From contig JBDRJI010000030.1 in NCBI GenBank assembly GCA_043815105.1, forward strand, positions 1 through 31,140: 31,140 nucleotides of DNA, read 5' to 3'. The stretch's first letter is position 1, and each line of letters begins with the position of its first letter. This stretch comes from an archaeon. GTDB lineage: Archaea; Nanobdellota; Nanobdellia; Pacearchaeales; GW2011-AR1. This document shows, in pieces, positions 25,333 to 31,140 of the stretch. The notes beneath the pieces are model-generated. The model did not search any database. It saw only the letters and a list, made by a program, of their open reading frames with translations, and was not told the DNA's origin. A program made the position numbers and the translations under genes.

Positions 25333-25829
25333 AGGACATTGTTTAATGAAAGACAAGAGAACTTATGAGGATAGAAAAGATTATCTCATAAGGGCGGTTG
25401 CCAAGAGACGACGGAAAATTCGTTTGTTGGCGATAGAACACCTCGGTGGGAAATGTATGCGTTGCGGGTATTCAAAATATCCGGAAGTGCTTGAATTTCA
25501 TCACAAGAACCCTGCGAACAAAGAATTCAATGTTTCTCGAAAGGGACATTGCAGAAGTTGGGAGCGGGTCAAGAAGGAAATTGGAAAGTGTGTTTTGCTA
25601 TGTGCAAATTGTCATAGGGAAATACACGTTGAACATAAGTTAGCAGCTCTCAAGGGAAACTTTGAGATGAACAGCGAGTAAATTCAGGGAAACCTAGAAC
25701 AGGCAATCCTGAGCCAAGCTTTCGTGAAAAGTTCATGATTGAAGGTGCAGAGACTAGACACTTGCTGCCTAAGGTGGAGACACTATGGTAATGGTATAGT
25801 CCGACTCTCCAAGGGATTGGAGTAAGGTG
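25333..25829 (+). mobile_element. Group I self-splicing intron (497 nt) carrying an HNH ORF
   Basis: Follows an exon U and ends in G. IGS GTTAGCAGC 25639-25647; P2 TCTCAAGG-GAAA-CTTTGAGA; P3 CAGCGAGT/ACTTGCTG; P4 TTCAGG/CCTGAG; P7 GACTA/TAGTC; P9 CTCCAA-GGGA-TTGGAG. Confidence 0.92.
25346..25681 (+). CDS. HNH endonuclease, putative homing endonuclease (111 aa)
   Basis: GGKCMRCGY, LEFHHKNP, CVLLCANCHREIH. The track's start at 25274 runs through the tRNA exon; the real start is likely ATG 25346. Confidence 0.88.
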   Translation: MKDKRTYEDRKDYLIRAVAKRRRKIRLLAIEHLGGKCMRCGYSKYPEVLEFHHKNPANKEFNVSRKGHCRSWERVKKEIGKCVLLCANCHREIHVEHKLAALKGNFEMNSE

Positions 25830-25850
25830 TAACCGTGATGTCGGAGGTTC

Positions 25851-26010
25851 GAGTCCTCCCCGAAGCGTAGCTTAGTAAGACATCGAACCGACGACGTCGG
25901 AGGCGAAGGATTCGCTTCGAGCAACACTAAATTTTGAATCTTGTTGCGAAATGCAAATTCTGAGTAGAGTCCTCCCCGAAGCGTAGCTTAGTAAGACATC
26001 GAACCGACGA
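25851..26010 (+). repeat. Perfect 44-bp direct repeat (25851-25894 and 25967-26010)
   Basis: GAGTCCTCCCCGAAGCGTAGCTTAGTAAGACATCGAACCGACGA occurs twice with period 116. It comprises the last 17 nt of the tRNA plus 27 nt of trailer. Confidence 0.95.
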
Positions 26011-26067
26011 TTGTCGGTGTGAGTTTGATTCCAAATAATTTATAAACTTCTTTTTCTATTTTATTCT

Positions 26068-26634
26068 ATGAAGTTGGATGATGCAATTAAGCAGAGGCGG
26101 AGTATAAAAAGATTTGATTTGAAGAAGCCAGATTGGCGGAAGATTATTCGAGCAATTGATGTGGCACGTTTTGCTCCGTGTGCAGGAAATCAATTTGTAA
26201 CAAGATTTATTTTAGTCTCAAACGAAAAGAAAATAAAAGAATTGTCAGCCGCGTCTCAGCAGGATTTTGTCGGAACCGCTCAATATATTGTCGTCGCTGT
26301 TTCTGACGATTCGCATTTGATTAGAGATTATGGAAAACGCGGAACTCGTTATTGTTCACAGCAAGCCGGAGCGGCGATTGAGAATTTTTTATTAGCTTTA
26401 GTAGAACAGAAGTTGGTGACGACGTGGGTCGGGCATTTTTACGAGGAACAAGTTAGAAGAACTTTAGGCATTCCTGAAGGTTTGCACATTGAAGCACTTT
26501 TCCCGATTGGTATTGAAACTAAGATTAAAACAAGAGAGAAAAGAAAAATGAACTTGGACCACATCCTTTATTTTGATAAATGGAAGAATTACAAAATGGC
26601 GCCGATGATTAAAGTAAGTAAGGAAGCTATTTAA
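26068..26634 (+). CDS. Nitroreductase family protein
   Basis: IKQRRSIKRF, APCAGNQ, AGAAIENFLLAL, TWVG. Confidence 0.9.
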   Translation: MKLDDAIKQRRSIKRFDLKKPDWRKIIRAIDVARFAPCAGNQFVTRFILVSNEKKIKELSAASQQDFVGTAQYIVVAVSDDSHLIRDYGKRGTRYCSQQAGAAIENFLLALVEQKLVTTWVGHFYEEQVRRTLGIPEGLHIEALFPIGIETKIKTREKRKMNLDHILYFDKWKNYKMAPMIKVSKEAI

Positions 26635-26994
26635 TTTTGATTTTTAGTGATAATTTTGTCGTGATAATCTTCTTACGTACGCGACGGCGATTCTAACTTA
26701 AAAATTTCCTGCTAAAAATAAAAATTGGTTAGTACAATTAGATTAGAAATTAATTATGATGATGTTCTATTTTTCTTAAATGAAAATAAAAGTTTTTAAT
26801 AGATTGACAAGCCCGGAAGGGTAACTCAATGGGACTCATTATAGCATATAAAATATAGCCATCATCGTGTTCGTAAAGTATTGATGGAAGTAAATATGTA
26901 GAAATTGTTTCTACTTTTTTTCTAAGGATAATTCTTCTATCATTAATATATCTACATCCGCAGAGTATATAAAAATTGTGGTAATAAAATCCAT

Positions 26995-27012
26995 CCCCGC
27001 CCGAAGGCGAGG
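26995..27012 (-). terminator. UUCG hairpin 3' of ftsZ
   Basis: Minus strand CCTCGCC-TTCG-GGCGGGG, preceded by T-rich tracts after the ftsZ stop. Confidence 0.45.
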
Positions 27013-27044
27013 AAATAAAAATAAAAATAAAAATATTTTTTGAT

Positions 27045-28127
27045 TTAACTTAAATCATCTAAGCCGAGTTCGTTGACGCTGATTCGTCTTTCTTCACTAT
27101 CGAAGCGACTGGAATTTTTCCCGAGGATGTAAGGGGATTTTACTCCCGTCATAATTGTAATGACTCTTACTCTTCCCTGGAATTCTTTGTTGACCCTTGC
27201 TCCGATGATAACCTGCGCCTCTGGCGACAAATTCTCGGTTACGAGTCTTCCGATACTATCGAATTCTTCAAGTTTCAAATCAGGACCGCACGTAATGTGA
27301 ATCAGTGCGCCAGTCGCACCTCTGTAATCTACATCCAATAATGGATGTGTCAGGGCCTGCTGTACCGCTGCATCTACTCGCGCGTTCGAGTTATCCTCGC
27401 CGATACCAATTACCGCTACGTCGCCGTTCTTCATAATTGAAGATACGTCTGCATAGTCTAAATTAATTAGCGATGGAAGAGTGATTGTTTCTACAATACC
27501 CTTAATCATCGTGGAGACCAACTCGTTCGCAACTGCGAAAGCTTGTTCCATTGGTAACTGACCAGCAATATCGACTAATCGATTATTATCTAATACAATT
27601 ACCGTATCGACGGATTCTCTTAATTCTTGAAGACCGAACTCTGCCTTGTCGATTCTTGCTTTTTCTGCCTCAAAGGGCATCGTAACTACCGCGATTACTA
27701 CCGCGCCTGCTTCCTTAGCTAATTGAGCAACTACTGGAATGGACCCAGTTCCGGATCCGCCTCCCATACCAGCCAGAACAAAAACCATATCCGAATTCGA
27801 AACAGCTTTTTTCAAGTCAGTAAGAGATTCCTTAGCCGCTTCTCTTCCTTTCTTCGGGTATCCTCCGCATCCTAAACCTCGTGTCAATTCTTTACCTATA
27901 AGAATTTTCTCGTCGGTCTTTGTAATAGATAGGTGAAGTGCGTCGGTGTTGATACCGTAAATTGTCGCACCGCTGATACCTTTGTTGAAAAGCCAGGTAG
28001 CCATGTTACATCCACATCCACCACATCCAAAAACTTTAATGTTGGCCTTTCCAGCCTTTAAACCCTCGAAGTTAATAGAATTCGCTTCCGCAGTTTGTAT
28101 CGCTTCTCTTGCAAAATCTAATGGCAT
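27045..28127 (-). CDS. ftsZ: Cell division protein FtsZ
   Basis: GCGGCGCN, NTD, GMGGGSGTG tubulin signature, LDNNRL, INLDYADV. Confidence 0.97.
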   Translation of the reverse strand: MPLDFAREAIQTAEANSINFEGLKAGKANIKVFGCGGCGCNMATWLFNKGISGATIYGINTDALHLSITKTDEKILIGKELTRGLGCGGYPKKGREAAKESLTDLKKAVSNSDMVFVLAGMGGGSGTGSIPVVAQLAKEAGAVVIAVVTMPFEAEKARIDKAEFGLQELRESVDTVIVLDNNRLVDIAGQLPMEQAFAVANELVSTMIKGIVETITLPSLINLDYADVSSIMKNGDVAVIGIGEDNSNARVDAAVQQALTHPLLDVDYRGATGALIHITCGPDLKLEEFDSIGRLVTENLSPEAQVIIGARVNKEFQGRVRVITIMTGVKSPYILGKNSSRFDSEERRISVNELGLDDLS

Positions 28128-28274
28128 ATTCTCTTTTTTAAACCTCCTTTCAAATTTTTAAATATAAATTTGGATTATAGTTTCCAAACTTTCTTTCAAT
28201 AAATGAAATGTATGATTATAGAGAGGAGTTTTTCTTTAAAAAGATATATGTGGTTAGGAGTGTTATTTAGAAAA

Positions 28275-29285
28275 TTATCCAGATACAAATTTTCTAACAT
28301 TCTCTTTAAACTTTTCAATATCTTTTGCAAGAATCATTCCACCCGCCGATGCAGTATGTCCGCCGGCAGAGCCATCTTCTAATCCCGCCACTCCTGCTCG
28401 CAGAAGTTCCGCCATATCCATTTTTTGAGAGGTATTTCTTGCAGAAAAACTAATATGTTTACCATCACTTTTTGGAGTCGCAAATATATACACTTGATTT
28501 TTATCCCGATAACTAATTATTCCGCAGACCGGAGCTTTCACGGGAAAATGTGGATCAAAATAATAAAAATCTATATCTCCTAATCTTTCTTTTTTATTTT
28601 CGTATTGCTCGACAAATTTCTGAACTTCTTCCTCAACGGGCTCAGCATATTTTTTCAGCTTAGATATTTCTTCAATCGAATTAATTTGTTGCAGAATTTT
28701 AAATGCCTTTTTAAAATCCTTGTCGAAGTATACCAAAAAATTTGTAAAGACACTTGTTATATTTTGATGGAATTCTTCCAGTGTCATATTAAGTTCTTTT
28801 AGGCGTTCGTATATAAAATTTTGATTTTCAGAATAAAACTGCCCAGAATCTGTAACCGTTCCAATCAGAGCCAACCACGGTTTTAACCCCGTCAATTCCC
28901 CCGCAGTTCGTGATGACGGGATACATCCCTTATCTGTTGTTACTAATTCTAAAATTTCTTTTGGAATTGGAGTGTCTCTCGGGTGATGGTCCGTATAGAA
29001 AGCCTGCCTGTCTTTTATTAATTCAAGTTCTTCTGCCATAAAATCAGGTGCAAGATCGCAGATAATTATTTTGTTGAATTTTTCTAAGTCAAATTTTTTT
29101 AGTTTTGATTTATTAATTGAATAAGTGAATTCTTCGGTTATCGCACCTTTATTTTTGCACCAATCGTAATACAAAATTCCAGCACAAAAGCCGTCCCCGT
29201 CATCGTGATGAATAATCGCAACTTTGTCTTCGCTGGTTATACTATCTAGAAACTCTTTTGCTTGACTAAATGTTATTTCTGGCAT
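28275..29285 (-). CDS. DHH/DHHA1 phosphoesterase (RecJ-like)
   Basis: HHDDGDG, ICDL, DHH, SAR, GGHTASAGG. Start taken at MPEIT. Confidence 0.9.
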   Translation of the reverse strand: MPEITFSQAKEFLDSITSEDKVAIIHHDDGDGFCAGILYYDWCKNKGAITEEFTYSINKSKLKKFDLEKFNKIIICDLAPDFMAEELELIKDRQAFYTDHHPRDTPIPKEILELVTTDKGCIPSSRTAGELTGLKPWLALIGTVTDSGQFYSENQNFIYERLKELNMTLEEFHQNITSVFTNFLVYFDKDFKKAFKILQQINSIEEISKLKKYAEPVEEEVQKFVEQYENKKERLGDIDFYYFDPHFPVKAPVCGIISYRDKNQVYIFATPKSDGKHISFSARNTSQKMDMAELLRAGVAGLEDGSAGGHTASAGGMILAKDIEKFKENVRKFVSG

Positions 29286-29352
29286 TTTAGAATAGGTGAA
29301 TTTAGGTTGATAAAGGTTGTTGTTTGGATTTTTAATAATTATAATAAACATC

Positions 29353-30684
29353 CTACTCAAAATCTTTTGCCAACTTAAAAATTAATTCTTCTTGAAAATG
29401 GGGTGCCAATATTTGAATTCCAACATCCTTCCCGTCGATTTTTCCTGCCGAGATTGAGATTGCGGGAAGCCCTACAATTGAAGCTAAAACAGTTGTAACA
29501 TCGTAAGCATACATATCTTTAACCGAAATTGTTTCGCCAATTTTGTGTGGAAGTTTTGGCGAGGTTGGTAAAATTATCGCGTCTACTTCTCGAAAGATTT
29601 TTTCGAATTGCTGCTTAATAAAATTTCTGGCTTTTAGCGCTTCTCTATAATATTTCCCATCGTGTTCAGCTTTCGTTATTTCAGACCCACCAATTATCCT
29701 TCTGAGAACTTCCGGGCCCGCACTTTCCTCGATTTTTTTACCAAATCTCCGACCATCAAATTTTCGCGTTGCCGAAAAAAATTCTGTATAGACAATTATA
29801 TAATAAGTTTGAATTGCGATATCCAACGGCAAATTTATTTTTTTAACTTTCCAATTATTCTGTTTTGCAATTTCATTTGTTTTAGCTTCAATTAGTTCAG
29901 CAATTTCTTTGTCGCAAAAATCCTGGACATCTACTAGTCCGATTACTCCCTTTTTGGAAGATTTAATTTTTGGAACATCTTTGCTTGTCTGGTCAAAATT
30001 GTCCTGTCCTTTAATTATATCGAAAATTAACTTTGCGTCCTCGGGAGTTTGCGTTAGCGGACCGATGCAATCAAAAGACATTGTCATATCAATTAACCCG
30101 TATCGTGATACCGCTCCGTAAGTTGGTTTTAGTCCGACGATTCCGCAATGCGATGCCGGATTTCTAATTGAACCTCCAGTATCTGAGCCTAAAGAAAAGT
30201 CACACAACTCTGCAGCAACTACCGCCGCCGAGCCTGAGCTTGAACCTCCAGTAATTAATTCTGGGTTTCTCGGGTTTTTTGTTGGTCCAAATGCAGAAGT
30301 TTCTCCAGACGACCCGCAAGCGAATTCATCCATATTAACCATTCCTAAAATTATTGCATCTTCGGCTAAAAGTTTGTTTATAACTGTTGCATTGTATGGC
30401 GAAACATAACCTTCTAAAACTTTAGAGCCACAATTTGTCTCGAGCTCTCTGACTGAAATATTTGATTTCACGGCGAAACACAAACCCGCCAGTTTTCCTG
30501 TTGTTCCATTTTTTATTCTCTTATCGATTTCTTTTGCCTGCTCAATTGCGTTTTCATTCAAAGATAAAAAAATATTCAGCTCTTTTGTTTTTGGAGTTGC
30601 AATTTTTTTGGAGAAGTTCATTAAATTTTTAACCGCGGTTAACTTGCCTTCCTTGATTTGTTTGAGTTTATGTTTAAGCGTCAT
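29353..30684 (-). CDS. gatA: Asp/Glu-tRNA amidotransferase subunit A
   Basis: AVKSNI, NMDEFACGSS, GGSSSGSA, GSDTGGSIRNPA, EVLRRI..G. Start taken at MTLKH. Confidence 0.95.
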   Translation of the reverse strand: MTLKHKLKQIKEGKLTAVKNLMNFSKKIATPKTKELNIFLSLNENAIEQAKEIDKRIKNGTTGKLAGLCFAVKSNISVRELETNCGSKVLEGYVSPYNATVINKLLAEDAIILGMVNMDEFACGSSGETSAFGPTKNPRNPELITGGSSSGSAAVVAAELCDFSLGSDTGGSIRNPASHCGIVGLKPTYGAVSRYGLIDMTMSFDCIGPLTQTPEDAKLIFDIIKGQDNFDQTSKDVPKIKSSKKGVIGLVDVQDFCDKEIAELIEAKTNEIAKQNNWKVKKINLPLDIAIQTYYIIVYTEFFSATRKFDGRRFGKKIEESAGPEVLRRIIGGSEITKAEHDGKYYREALKARNFIKQQFEKIFREVDAIILPTSPKLPHKIGETISVKDMYAYDVTTVLASIVGLPAISISAGKIDGKDVGIQILAPHFQEELIFKLAKDFE

Positions 30685-30685
30685 T

Positions 30686-30958
30686 TTATTTCTTCCACGC
30701 TCCTTTCTCCGCAACAATTGAATTGTCCTCGACAAATGGTGCATTCAGGAATGTTAAATCTCTAAATTCCGGGTCGGTGTTCCAGCCGTCACCTTCTTCC
30801 CGTGTTCCAGATGCATTTTCTCCTTGTCCTTCGACAGATACTGAAGTTTTAACTTTATCCAGTTTAGACGCAAACTCATTCAAAAGATTCTTAGACTCTT
30901 TTCTAATTTCTTCTTTTTCCTTCTCGCTAACTTCTCGCCACGTAAAATTTTTCGCCAT
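30686..30958 (-). CDS. gatC: Amidotransferase subunit C (GatC-like)
   Basis: 90-aa ORF directly upstream of gatA with R-E segment and NAP motif. Confidence 0.7.
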   Translation of the reverse strand: MAKNFTWREVSEKEKEEIRKESKNLLNEFASKLDKVKTSVSVEGQGENASGTREEGDGWNTDPEFRDLTFLNAPFVEDNSIVAEKGAWKK

Positions 30959-31140
30959 AAGATATGATAAGTAATTAAGTTTTTAAGGTTTGTTGAATTG
31001 ACAGTATCTCCGATACTTATAAAGGAGGTGGCGGAATTATAAAAATTAATTCAGAATAAACTCCCTCGATATCCTTCAAAAATTTCTTAAATACCACATC
31101 TCGCCTCGTCAACTCCAATCTCCAAATCAAAACCAACAAC

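Larger units (their letters stand above)
25298..25867 (+). tRNA. tRNA-Asn(GUU) interrupted at 35/36 (exons 25298-25332 and 25830-25867)
   Basis: Spliced product: GCTTCGG TA GCTC AGCAGGTA GAGC G CACGG CT GT|T AA CCGTG ATGTC GGAGG TTCGAGT CCTCC CCGAAGC G. This is a 73-nt cloverleaf with G73. Confidence 0.93.

Noticed and set aside
25274-25345. N-terminal extension of the HNH ORF in the track
   Set aside because: It runs through the tRNA promoter region and 5' exon; ATG 25346 is the plausible start.
25298-25867. Reading the split tRNA as tRNA-Tyr(GUA) with a long BHB intron
   Set aside because: The unspliced 5' half shows GTA, but G1:C72 and G73 do not fit archaeal Tyr (C1:G72, A73). The IGS pairing and terminal G place the junction at GT|T, which gives Asn.
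26635-26990. About 350-nt gap between the nitroreductase gene and the ftsZ terminator as a hidden gene
   Set aside because: AT-rich, with no ORF of 60 aa or more and no motif I can recognise. It could be a decayed gene, but I cannot support that.
699-30974. Numerous short ORFs in the track antisense to or nested in confident genes (e.g. 699-905, 5843-6253, 8401-8727, 10047-10349, 23320-23622)
   Set aside because: These are shadow frames of well-supported genes or tRNAs, with no motifs of their own.
31017-31139. Open minus-strand frame at the window edge (..RRDVVFKKFLKDIEGVYSE..)
   Set aside because: It may be the 3' end of a gene outside the window, but 41 codons are too few to identify.

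Overview
AT-rich archaeal chromosomal segment, most likely from a small-genome DPANN lineage (Pacearchaeota/Woesearchaeota-like; lineage is inferred). Archaeal markers are aCPSF1/FttA, proteasome beta, aIF-2beta, aIF-1A, Dim2, an archaeal TyrRS, a TrmB regulator and a presenilin. The window is mostly housekeeping: hisS, ITPase, ychF, pyrB, a small iscS-iscU-ferredoxin Fe-S cluster, lemA/htpX, trxB, ftsZ and gatC/gatA. It has four tRNA genes: His-GUG, Glu-UUC, Ile-UAU with a BHB intron, and Asn-GUU. The standout is tRNA-Asn(GUU), split at 35/36 by a 497-nt group I intron (25333-25829). Its IGS pairs with the spliced junction over 9 nt, and an HNH endonuclease ORF sits in the P1 loop. Archaeal tRNA introns are normally protein-spliced BHB introns. 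Other signals: a candidate ~85-nt small RNA made of three cUUCGg hairpins, with its own TATA box and U-tract; a short bacterial/viral-type topoisomerase IB; palindromic in-frame insertions in three conserved genes; TATA boxes at an identical distance from tRNA 5' ends, suggesting leaderless tRNAs; and partial duplications beside three tRNAs.
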